From Candidatus Magasanikiibacteriota bacterium (GTDB taxonomy: Bacteria; Patescibacteriota; Patescibacteriia; Magasanikbacterales; GWA2-37-8), in NCBI GenBank assembly GCA_016182085.1, contig JACOYB010000004.1, positions 211,923-275,922 of the forward strand: 64,000 nt of DNA. The letters run 5' to 3'. Position 1 is the stretch's first letter. Every line of letters starts with the position of its first letter. The notes under the pieces are model-generated. The model made no database searches and was not told the DNA's origin. It saw nothing but the letters and a program-made list of their open reading frames with translations. Position numbers and translations under genes: made by a program. Below, one piece after another: positions 38,600 to 49,300 of the stretch.

Positions 38600-39256
38600 A
38601 TGGAAGTTTTAAAAGAATGTGATTTAGCCAAAATAGCTGTTTCCTTATTTGAAGGTAAGACTATTGTGTTTCCCACAGAGACTTCTTATGGTTTGGGATG
38701 TGACGCAACTAATCAAGAAGCAGTAGATAAAATTTTTAGCATTAAAGACAGGGCAGATGATAAGCCGCTTCTTATTGTAGTGCCAAGCGTAGAGATGGCA
38801 AAAAAATATTTGGTATGGAATAATACTATAGAAAAATTAGCCAAGGCGTATTGGCCAGGCGCTTTAACAATTATTGGAAAATATAACGCACCCCCGGCCC
38901 CTCTTTATAGAGGGGAATCGACAATCCCTCCTAAAAAGGAGGGTGGGGAGGTGTTGGCTAGTGGTGTAGTCTCAAAAAATAATACTGTGGCCGTGCGTGT
39001 CAGCAAACATGATTTAGTAAAGTTTTTAAGTGAAAGTTTGGGTAAACCGCTCGTGGCAACTTCGGCCAATATCTCTGGTGCCGGGGAAGTGTATAGCGGC
39101 CGCGCTGCCAAAATTATGTTTGCAGAAAAAGAATACCAGCCGGATATTATTTTGGATTACGGAGAGTTGGAGCACCGTCCTCCCACAACCCTGGTTGATG
39201 CAAGTAGTGATACAATTAATATCATAAGACAAGGCCAAGTAGAAATAAACATCTAA
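38600..39256 (+). CDS. tsaC: L-threonylcarbamoyladenylate synthase
   Basis: FPTETSYGLG, KDR..DKPL, WPGALT, TSANISG. Confidence 0.92.
   Translation: MEVLKECDLAKIAVSLFEGKTIVFPTETSYGLGCDATNQEAVDKIFSIKDRADDKPLLIVVPSVEMAKKYLVWNNTIEKLAKAYWPGALTIIGKYNAPPAPLYRGESTIPPKKEGGEVLASGVVSKNNTVAVRVSKHDLVKFLSESLGKPLVATSANISGAGEVYSGRAAKIMFAEKEYQPDIILDYGELEHRPPTTLVDASSDTINIIRQGQVEINI
38885..38944 (+). repeat. CCCCTCT/AGAGGGG double-hairpin element, in frame in tsaC
   Basis: Encodes NAPPAPLYRGESTIPPKKEG; near copy of the truB insert. Confidence 0.85.
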
Positions 39257-39258
39257 AC

Positions 39259-40407
39259 ATGTTTTCCATAAAAATTAAAGGCTGGGTAGCTTGGATGGTA
39301 ATCGGCATGGGTGCCGTAATTTTTTCTATTATATTTTTGATCCAGTATATGGTCTCGGTGGCCGAAACCGAATCCATGAGTGTAATGACCTTATTTCAGG
39401 CAGATCTTATTTCCGGTTATCAACCAAGAGATAAAAAAGAGCCGATCAAAGTAAAGGGGGTATATCTTACGGCCTACTCGGCCGGCAGCGATAAAAAGTT
39501 GGGTTCAATCATTGATTTGATAAATAAAACCGAACTCAACGCGGTGGTAATTGACGTAAAAGATTATAGCGGCAAGGTGCTGTATGATTCAAAAGTTGCC
39601 TTGGTTGATGACTTGAAGTTGCAGGATGTTAGAATAAAAGACCCTTCAAAATTATTAGCAACATTAGATGATAATCATATTTATAAAATAGCCCGCATCA
39701 GCGTTTTTCAGGATCCAATTTTGGCTGAACGCAAACCCGAATGGGCCATAAAATCAAAAAAAGGCGGGTTGTGGCGGGATAAAAATCATCTAGCTTGGGT
39801 AGATCCGACTAATAGAGAAGTTTGGGCCTATGTGGTATCTGTGGCCAAAGAAACGGCGCGTTTGGGCTTTGATGAAATAAATTTTGATTATATTCGTTTC
39901 CCGACCGATGGCCCAATGGCCGATATTGTTTATACCAACGCCAATAATAAACGGTATGAAGTTGTTGAAAACTTTTTTAAATATGTTTCGCAGCAAATGC
40001 AAGGTGAATCAGTTTACATTTCCGCTGATTTGTTTGGACTTACTACCGAAAAAAAGGGCCAGGATGACATGCGAATTGGCCAGCGCCTCGCTGATGCGAT
40101 TTTATATTTTGATTATGTGATGCCGATGGTGTATCCGTCACATTACCCGAAAGGCTATCGCGGCTACAAAAATCCGGCAGACTATCCGTACGAAGTGGTA
40201 TATAATGCCATGAAAGCCGGAGCTACACAAGCCGAGGGTAAAAAAGCTAAACTCAGGGCCTGGATACAGGCATTTAATTTAGGGGCGGTTTATGATGGAA
40301 CCAAAATCCGCGCGCAAATAAAAGCGTCCGATGACGCGGGGGCTGAGGGCTGGGTCTTGTGGAATGCCGCCAACAGGTATACGGATGCGGGTTTGGAAAA
40401 GGAATAA
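39259..40407 (+). CDS. Putative glycoside hydrolase (DUF4015-like)
   Basis: LNAVVIDVKD, GFDEINFDYIRFP, PMVYPSHY. Confidence 0.8.
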   Translation: MFSIKIKGWVAWMVIGMGAVIFSIIFLIQYMVSVAETESMSVMTLFQADLISGYQPRDKKEPIKVKGVYLTAYSAGSDKKLGSIIDLINKTELNAVVIDVKDYSGKVLYDSKVALVDDLKLQDVRIKDPSKLLATLDDNHIYKIARISVFQDPILAERKPEWAIKSKKGGLWRDKNHLAWVDPTNREVWAYVVSVAKETARLGFDEINFDYIRFPTDGPMADIVYTNANNKRYEVVENFFKYVSQQMQGESVYISADLFGLTTEKKGQDDMRIGQRLADAILYFDYVMPMVYPSHYPKGYRGYKNPADYPYEVVYNAMKAGATQAEGKKAKLRAWIQAFNLGAVYDGTKIRAQIKASDDAGAEGWVLWNAANRYTDAGLEKE

Positions 40408-40416
40408 TAAAAAGTT

Positions 40417-41637
40417 ATGCCTGATGACAGAAAGACTAAACTAGAAAAGAACCTATTTAAAATTTTTTTCATCAACGCCCTTCTTAATGTAAAGATGATA
40501 AACGTTATCATTTCTTTGTTTTACGTTTACCGCAGTTTAACGGTTCCGGATATTTTTTATTTAGGTGTTGTATATTCGGCGGCAGTGGTTTTAAGCGAAA
40601 TACCATCCAGTTATTTAGCTGATAAATTTGGCCGAAAACGCACTGTAATTATAGCTACTTTTTTTGGTTTATTGCACTGGGTGTTTTATTTGATTGCCGA
40701 CTCATTTTTACTTTTTGCCGTGGGCACGATATTTTACGCTTTGGCAGAATCATGTATGAGCGGCACCGATGAAGCTTTTGTTTATGATACTAATAAAGAG
40801 TTAGGCAACCAAGGTTCTTCTTTGCAAAAATTAAGCCATTATTTTTCCTCTGAGCGTATTTTTAAAATTGCCTCCGCTTTTTTAGGAGCTCTTATTGCCA
40901 AAGATTTAGCGCAATGGCAGTTTTCTCTGGTGATTATGGTAGATATTATAGCAACGCTTGTGGCAATAGTTTTTGCTTTTACGCTGGTTGAACCGAATCA
41001 TTTTATGGATGTAGAAAAACAAGAAGCCGGTCTGATAAAGGATGCGTATAAAATTTTATCTAAAGATAAGCGTTTATTATTCGCGATTTTTAATAAGTGG
41101 ATTGTGGCTATTATGGCCATGACCTGCTGGCGTTATTCCGCAGTTTTATTTATTGATAATCTGGGTGTGTCAATTATTATTTTCGGTATTGTTTGGAGCG
41201 CCTATCACGCGGTAGTTTTTGCCGGTAATTATTTCGGCCATTTTTTATGGCCAAATAAGGAAGATACCTTTAAAATTAATATTTTAAATATTCTATTTTC
41301 AATTTCTTTGGCCATATTTCTTATGAGCTGGTTTTTTGCTCCAGAAAAATATATTCTTTTTGGTTTATATACCATCGTGCTTATCACCAGCGCCTTAAGA
41401 GACCCCTTCTTTTCTCATATGTTCAATAAGCAGTTTAATTCTTATAATAGAGCCACGGCCTTATCTTTAGCTAATTTTATTAGGTATGTATTTGAGATTC
41501 CATTTTTGCCCATCATCGGCTTGCTTGTTAGTATAAATATTATTTATCCATATGTAGTCGCTTTAATATTTGGGTTGTCTGCCATTTTTTATTTCCGAAT
41601 TAAAGAAGAAAAAGTATATGAATCAAAAACTGTTTAA
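40417..41637 (+). CDS. MFS transporter
   Basis: About 12 TMs; EIPSSYLADKFGRK. Confidence 0.88.
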   Translation: MPDDRKTKLEKNLFKIFFINALLNVKMINVIISLFYVYRSLTVPDIFYLGVVYSAAVVLSEIPSSYLADKFGRKRTVIIATFFGLLHWVFYLIADSFLLFAVGTIFYALAESCMSGTDEAFVYDTNKELGNQGSSLQKLSHYFSSERIFKIASAFLGALIAKDLAQWQFSLVIMVDIIATLVAIVFAFTLVEPNHFMDVEKQEAGLIKDAYKILSKDKRLLFAIFNKWIVAIMAMTCWRYSAVLFIDNLGVSIIIFGIVWSAYHAVVFAGNYFGHFLWPNKEDTFKINILNILFSISLAIFLMSWFFAPEKYILFGLYTIVLITSALRDPFFSHMFNKQFNSYNRATALSLANFIRYVFEIPFLPIIGLLVSINIIYPYVVALIFGLSAIFYFRIKEEKVYESKTV

Positions 41638-42523
41638 CGAAGATTATCTAAAACATCTCTGCAAACAATATGGCCTTGTCCCTTCCAAAAAATATGGACA
41701 GAATTTTTTGATAAATCCGGAAGTGGTGGAAAAAATGGTGGAAGCGGCTGAAATAAAAAAAGACGACATGGTTATAGAAGTTGGCCCGGGTTTTGGCGTG
41801 CTTACATTTGCTTTGGCCGAATATGCAAAAAAGGTATTGTCTTTTGAAATTGAAAAAAAATTAGAACCTTATTGGCAAGAACAAGTTGACCAGCATAAAA
41901 ATATAGAAGTAGTTTGGGGAAATATATTATACGAATTTAAAGGCGATGGATTAAAAGCGGGGGAGTACAAAGTAGTAGCAAATCTGCCGTATCAGATTAC
42001 CTCGCATGTAATTAGAAAATTTTTGGAGATGGAAAATAATCCAGACATATTAGTTTTGATGGTGCAAAAAGAAGTGGCCGAAAGAATTTGCGCGCCGGCG
42101 GGGGAAATGTCGGTGTTGGCTGTGTCGGTTCAATATTACGGCGAACCGGAAATTGTTACGCTTGTGCCAAGGTCGGATTTTTGGCCGGCTCCGGCGGTAG
42201 ATTCGGCGGTGATAAGGATTAAGATAAAGAATCTAAACTGTCATTCTGAACGGAGTGAAGAATCTCTGTCTCAATCGACGAACGGACAGAGATCCTTCGC
42301 TAAAGCTCAGGATGACAAGTGTGTTGACCCAGTATCCTTTTTCAAAATAGTAAAAGCCGGGTTTGTTAGCCGCCGCAAAATGCTTATAAAAAATTTGAGC
42401 GCAATAGCTGACAAAAACAATTTACGCGCTATTTTTCAAGAACTAGGCATAGATGAAAAGGTGCGGGCGCAGGAGTTGAGTGTGGAGCAGTGGCAACAGA
42501 TAGTCGCCAAATTGTCGCCCTGA
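41618..42523 (+). CDS. rsmA: 16S rRNA m6,2A dimethyltransferase
   Basis: KKYGQNFL, IEVGPGFG, VANLPYQITS, MVQKEVAERI. Confidence 0.95.
   Translation: MNQKLFNEDYLKHLCKQYGLVPSKKYGQNFLINPEVVEKMVEAAEIKKDDMVIEVGPGFGVLTFALAEYAKKVLSFEIEKKLEPYWQEQVDQHKNIEVVWGNILYEFKGDGLKAGEYKVVANLPYQITSHVIRKFLEMENNPDILVLMVQKEVAERICAPAGEMSVLAVSVQYYGEPEIVTLVPRSDFWPAPAVDSAVIRIKIKNLNCHSERSEESLSQSTNGQRSFAKAQDDKCVDPVSFFKIVKAGFVSRRKMLIKNLSAIADKNNLRAIFQELGIDEKVRAQELSVEQWQQIVAKLSP
42239..42317. repeat. TGTCATTCTGA...CAGGATGACA element, in frame in rsmA
   Basis: Encodes CHSERSEESLSQSTNGQRSFAKAQDD. Confidence 0.88.
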
Positions 42524-42656
42524 ACCAAATGAAGAATTACTTTCGTTGTCATTCCCGCCAAAGCGGGAATCCAGCCAAATCAACAATTGTCTGGATTCCC
42601 GTTGTTATGGGAATGACAACAAAACGGATAGGGATCCTTCGCGCCGCTCAGGATGA
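42513..42656. repeat. Nested palindromic elements
   Basis: ATTCCC-N8-GGGAAT type (42547-42618) inside a degenerate CTGA..GAAG/CTTC..TCAGGATGA type whose TGA is the rsmA stop. Confidence 0.75.
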
Positions 42657-42738
42657 TTCGCCGTGGGCGAATCACTTATCCCCATTATTTTTTTACTTTG
42701 TTTGTGTTATACTACAGTTACTTTAACCGATTGTTCGT

Positions 42739-43329
42739 ATGCCAGAGGAGCAAGATGAGAGACGGCTCTCTAAGGAACAAAAGACGGGCATAATTTTGCT
42801 CTCTATTTTTGCTGTATTTGCGATTGGTCTCGGATTTTTACAGATACGCAACACCATGTATGCGCCGTTTGCGCTCAATAATAAAGTTCCGTATGTAGTC
42901 AAAGATGATATAGAAACAAACGAAGCATTAATGTATCGCGACACAGATAAAGACGGCCTTAATGATTTTGATGAATTGTACGTATATATCACCAGTCCGT
43001 ATTTAGCTGATACCGACTCCGACGGTATAAATGATAAAACCGAAATAGAAAAAGGATCAAACCCAATTTGTCCGGAAGGCCAAGTTTGTTCCGAAGCAGC
43101 GCTAAGCGGCGATACGCTCCCCAACACCACACCAATCGCGTCGGCCAGTTCAACATTGGGGCCGCCGCCTTCGGCTGAAGAATTAGAAAAAATCTTAAGT
43201 AGTCCGGCCGAGACTCGCAAGATGCTGCTGGCCGCGGGCTTTGATAAAAAGATTTTAGATCAAACATCCGACGAGGAATTAATGAAGATGATCAAAGAAA
43301 TTTTAAGTTCTACGAGTACTCAATTTTAG
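42739..43329 (+). CDS. Membrane-anchored protein with DxDxDG Ca-binding (TSP3-like) repeats
   Basis: TM, then DTDKDGLNDFDE and DTDSDGINDKTE. Confidence 0.8.
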   Translation: MPEEQDERRLSKEQKTGIILLSIFAVFAIGLGFLQIRNTMYAPFALNNKVPYVVKDDIETNEALMYRDTDKDGLNDFDELYVYITSPYLADTDSDGINDKTEIEKGSNPICPEGQVCSEAALSGDTLPNTTPIASASSTLGPPPSAEELEKILSSPAETRKMLLAAGFDKKILDQTSDEELMKMIKEILSSTSTQF

Positions 43330-43355
43330 TATGTTAGTTGCCAGTTTGGCGTAAT

Positions 43356-46300
43356 ATGACAAAGTTTCAAAAATTCGGAATAAAATTCTTGTTAGCAGTA
43401 TTTACCTTTATCACAATCGGCGGATCTTTGTTTTATGCTCGTCCGGCTCAAGCCTTTCCCGTAGAAATTACCTGGGATCCGGGCTATGTTTGGAGTGTAT
43501 ATAAAAGTTTTATAAAAGACGCGGCCGTAAGTATCAGCATTCAAACTTTTTCTTATTTTTTACGCCGAGTCGCGTATGATTCGGCAGTTTGGCTGGCTTC
43601 CGGAGGAAAGGGGCAGGCATCTTTTGCGTATGGAAAAAACTTCGGTGATTATTTAAAAGACGTGGGTGATAGCGCCGCGGGTGTGGCCATTGAAGCTTTG
43701 GGCGAAGACTTTGGTTTTAATTTATGTAAGATTCCGGACCCAAAAATAGATTTGGCTATGCGTATCGGGCTTACGCATAAATTCATGGATTTAAAGCCGG
43801 ATTTAAATACCGGACCGGGAGTGCGCGAGCCAACTTGTACCTGGTCAACATTTCAAAACGACGTCTTAAGCGTGGATAATTGGCAAAGCCAGTTTGGCAG
43901 CTCCGATAGTATAGCTCGTAAATTTAACGTGGCTTTTTCCGTAGAACAAACAGATATTGGTATCTTGCGCGGCGCTACAGATAAGATCAATCAATATGTG
44001 GCAAAGAAAATTGAAGCCGAGACGCTGCAAAGACAAGAAGGGGATGGCTATTTGCCTAAAACCACGCTTATTTCCGGAGATATTCTTACTCCGGGCAAAA
44101 ATATTTCCGAAGAAGCCCAAGCGCAGAATCCTAACAAACAAACCGAGTCAGCTCAGGCTGGATTTTTATCTACTCTTGGCACGGGCGCGGTCGGCACGAT
44201 TGCCAGCGCCGGTTCGATATTTTTTAACACCTTAGCTTCACAAATGTTAAAAAATTGGCAGAATAAAGGCATGCTGCCGTTTGGTATTGGTTGTGTGGCT
44301 GGCGTGGGTACCGAATGTAAAGATTTGCAAGATACGTTAAGTGATTTACAGGGACAGGTTTCTCGCGGCGGCAGGCAGGCCGCGCAGGCTTTGTTTAACG
44401 ATCTCTTAACGCCGCCAAATATCGCGGTTGATCAGTATAATGTTTTAGTAAATTTTACCAATTGTCCTACCAGTCCCGGTCCGGATAATTGTGTGGCGGA
44501 TGCCGGTTTGGCCCAGGCCGCTCAAGAGGCAAATTCTGGCCGCACCGTTACGATCGCTGAAGCTTTAGAAAAAAATTGGCTTCATAGTGAGTGGAGGTTA
44601 GTTTCTCCGGATAGGGTAGCCGATAATGTAGACCCAAGCTGTCACCAGCGAGCATATTGTTATGCCAATATCGCCAAACTGCGTAAAGCGCGAATTTTGC
44701 CGCTTGGTTTTGAAATCGCAGCCTTAAACAGCAACCCGGATCAGCCATGGACGCTCAAACAGGTTGTAGACGGATTTAACGATTGTAATTTTATTAGAGA
44801 TGTAAATGGTAATGTGGTGGGAGTTGAAAACGATCCGGTCAATAAACCGTTCTGTAGATTGATTGATCCAAATTGGGTCTTGAAAGCGCCGCCGTCAAAG
44901 TGTAATTTCCTGGCTTATGGAACCAGTCCGTATTTTTCCGGTACGCCAAATCGTATTCAGGAGTGTGTAAATATGAGTACCTGTGTGGCCTATGATAAGG
45001 ATGGAAATTGCGCCACGCAAGGATATTGCACCCGAGAAAAAAATGTTTGGAAAATAGACGCGGCTAAATGTGATTCGCAAAATCGCACCTGCCGTACATT
45101 CCAGGATAGTACCGGCAAGACCGTAAGCTATCTGTACAGAACCTTGGATACCGGTTTTTGTAATCAAGATACCGTAGGTTGCGCCGAGTATAGTTTAAAG
45201 CAAAATACTGCCGGCAATTGGATTGGATACGCGGAAAATGATCTGGGCTCTTTAGGAGAAAATTCTTCCGTTTACTTTAATAATAAAGTTTCCACCAACT
45301 GTTCATCTAATTCAGACGGATGCTCTTCTTTCCAGGTGGCCAACAGTTCAGAAAAATTATATCTCAAAAAAGCGCCATATTACTCGCAGTGTTATGATAC
45401 CGATCAAACTACCGCAGTTATAGATTGGCCGCGAACCGCCAGCGATTTAAACAGGCTCCCAAATAAACCAGCCTGTAACAATTATTCTCAGGCTTGTATT
45501 GAGAGTGAAGTAAACTGTAATTGGTACGCGCCAAGCAGTTACACTGGCGATGCTATTCCGGGTAAGTTTACGCCAGCGTCGGTAAACGAAGGTCAGATAG
45601 TTTGGAATGATCAGTGTGATGCCAGGTGCGTAGGGTATGCCGCATACAGGGAAATGCCAAGCAATTATTCCAACGGTCAACCTGTTTCTTACGTTATTCC
45701 TTCATCCGGCAATTCCTGTAGCGCCGCAGATGAGGGCTGTGCCAGCTTTACAAACCTCGGCACAACCGAAGGCGGTTTGGAAAAAGTTGAGCACTATTCT
45801 TATTTGCGACCTTGTATTTTGCCCGACACCACTAAACAAAAGACATTCTATACATACGAAGGATCGGCTGTGGGCGGTTTCCAACTGAAGAGTTTTATTT
45901 TAGAAAAAGATACGGATGGCAGTCCTAAATATTTTTATCGCACTGCCGATGATTTGGCTACGTATGCGGCTACTTGCAGTCAAAACCTCTATCAACAAGG
46001 TTTAGCCAGTCCGGATTGCCGCCAATTTAATGATGATCAAGGGGCTGTATATTACAAATTATTGTCAAAGACTATCGCGGTTGCCAGTAACTGTACGCCA
46101 TTTAGATTAAATGATACCGAACTACACGATGTTGCGTTAAATGAAGTCAATTGTTTGGCGCAAAGAGGAAAATGGGATGCAGCTGCCGGAAGTTGTCAGG
46201 TATGTTTCCAAAACGGAGAATACAGAGACGGCGAGTGTTTCTATTATGGCCTGCCCGGAAATACGCCTAATACGGCCGGTACCAGCAAACCATGCGCCGC

Positions 46301-49300
46301 GGCGGCAAATACCTGCCGTGCTTATAAAGGAAACACCGGCAACAATGTCCGTAATATTTTTACCAATAATTTTGAACAATCGGTCGCGTCCGATGCTTTA
46401 GCCGGCTGGGGACCATCTTCGGATATCGCGCAATCACTTGAATCAACCCGGTCCGGAGAACATTCCTTGTCATATAATGGCACAGGCGCAGTATACAAGG
46501 ATATAGTATTAACTCCAGGTGAAAGTTATGATCTTACGTTCTGGGCCAAAGGAGCGGTGGGAGAAACAGTTACAGTTACTTTAGAAAATAATCAAGTTTC
46601 TAATTTAGGCACAATCAGTGTCGGCGATGCTTGGCAAAATTATCACCTCGGTCCAGTAGAATTAACCGGAAATGTTTCCAGTACCAAATTGCAATTTGCA
46701 GTTAACGGCCGGTTGTTCCTGGATAATGTTCACCTCAAAGAAGTTACCGATTTTATCTATCTTGTTAAAAATTCCCTTAGTGTTGATCCGGTTTGTGATA
46801 GCAATCTAAACGATAATTTACCGGGCGAAGCCTTGGGTTGTTCGCAGTATCAGACCCCGGATAACAGGCCAATTTATTTAACCGGTTTTACTTCGCTGTG
46901 TCGTGAAAAAGCAATCGGTTGTACGGCAGTATATGATACGCGCAATACGCCGGATGAAGTCGGCCCACGAGCGTATAATGTTTGGCTATCCGGGCCGGAA
47001 GGTCAAAGTACCAGCCGAAATATTGTTGGCACGGAATATAGATGCCAGGTTGCGCTTGGTCAAAAAGGTTGTTATGTACATGTAACCGGCGCAAATTTAA
47101 GCTCTATAGTTGCCGGCGGAGGCGCGATAGTTACTTCAACTATATACGTGCAGCCAGATTCGCCAACTACCACGCCTCTATATTTAGTAGCTAGCCGTGA
47201 AGCGACCTGTAGTCCGGTTGATTTAGGCTGTACGAAAGCCGGAAAACTAGTACAGACTCCAACCGGCCCAACGTATACCGAGGTAACAGTTAAAAAAGAT
47301 CCAAGCAGCTTTAATACCACGCTTTGTCAGCAGGAAGCGGTCGGTTGTAACGCATACTCTTCAAGCGATGGGGCGCTGTACTTTAAAGATCCGCAGTATT
47401 TAGGTCAAAAAGTTTGCGCTTACAGAGATAACGTAACTAAAAACGGTGTTAGATATAACGGTTGGTTCTGGAAAGGCGTAGGCAAGTGTGGCGCCGGAAA
47501 CGCCAGCGATCCATTCTGCACCAAAGACAGCGATTGCGCGTCCGGAGTTACCTGTAATCAAAAAGATGAACAGCCATGCTATCCAAATTATTTGCAATCC
47601 GGAAATAACTATGGCCTGTGGTCTTATGGCGTAAGCAGTTCATATAATAATTTTGTCGGTGAATGTCCGGCTACCCAAAATGGCTGTACGGAATTTATAG
47701 ATCGCAATGAAAATAATAAGACCTACTATCTTATCAATGATGATAGATTAAAGACACAGCAAACCGAATGTAATGGACAGATCAGTGAAAAAAACGGCTG
47801 TATTCTGCTTGATAGAACTGATTCACCAAACAAATTATGGAACACGGCCGCTTCCTATGCTGTCAGCGCGGGCCAAAATAATAATTTGGTGGCGCCAGTG
47901 GCTGGAACAGGCACAGTGACAAATGATGCCAATGTTATTTTGAAAGTTAGTAGAGATAGAGAATGTGGAGAATGGCTCCAATGCCGCTCTTCGCATCGTG
48001 TCTTCGACACGCAATCGGGCAGCTACAAAGAAGTTTGTGACGCCATCGGCCGCTGTAATAAATCTTCGGATTCATACAGCAACGCTGACTTCATCAATTG
48101 CTCCAATTGGCTTGATAATAATCACGAACTCAGCAATCAGATTTTAACTGATGACGCGTACCGCAATCGCAATACCACTTGGAAAGGTCAGGACTTTAGC
48201 GGTTACAGTATTTTAAATACGTTCCCGATTGAAGAATTGTCAGAAGTAAATGTGGGCAACGCTACGGCGGCCGATTGGCGTTTGGCCAAGACGCTCGCTT
48301 GCGGCGGAGGTCCTAACTGCAGATCTGCCACCGACCCTAATAGTCCATCTTGCGGATTAACCAGTGTTGGGTTGCCATGCGGTCGCAATAATGCCGGTGT
48401 TTGTTTGGGTTCGGTAAATCCAGTTTGTGTCCAGGATTTAGACAGTCCGGTTGTTGGTGTTCCTCGTCAATCCATAGCGCCAAGTTGTCGCGCTTATCCG
48501 GAAGAAACTTCGCCATTCCCAAATAGCCAAGCTATCAGTGATTCGCTGGCATTTAATTCGGTAAATACCTGTAACGAAACATCTGGATTTAGCACCGATC
48601 CGGGTAAATATAACAGCTGTGAATGTAATTACACCAAAGTTACGTATGGAGACGCAGTCACCAAATATTGGAATTTCAAAAATCCGAACAATGAGGGTAT
48701 CTTGGATACCAATAATCAAAATATACAAGGCGTGGTAAGTGGAATTTGTGTTGGCGGAGATAGTGCCGACCGGGCTTGTGATTCAGATAGTGATTGTACC
48801 GGTGGCAGCTGTCAAAAATTAAAGAAACAATCCCGCCTTATCGGCTGGCAAGGCTATTGTATTGAATATGATTATTCCAGACCGCTCAATGCCGAACAAA
48901 ATAGTTTTGCTTGTTTAACTTGGTTCCCGAAAGATAATATTACTGGCGCGTTTGATATAAACAATCAGCATGTGGAGGCAGGGTTCCAGGCGACCGAAAC
49001 AAACGGTAAATATTACTGCTTGGAAGCAAAAGGTTATCAGGAAACCAATAGCAATCCAGCTGTAAATGGTAGCGGCGCGCTTACATATAACAGATTTTTG
49101 GGTGGTGGAAATATTTCTAAACCGGGTTCTAGTGATGATCCAGCTGATCCAGATAGAGCTAAGAGAGTTGTGGTTGCTGACCCAGCCAAGCCAATTTATC
49201 GGGATGAAATTGATTATATATTAGTATCTCCCGTAGGCGGTGGCGGTAGTTGGTTCCCAAATACTTCACAATCCTTCTATATTAGAAATGGTCTTATTAC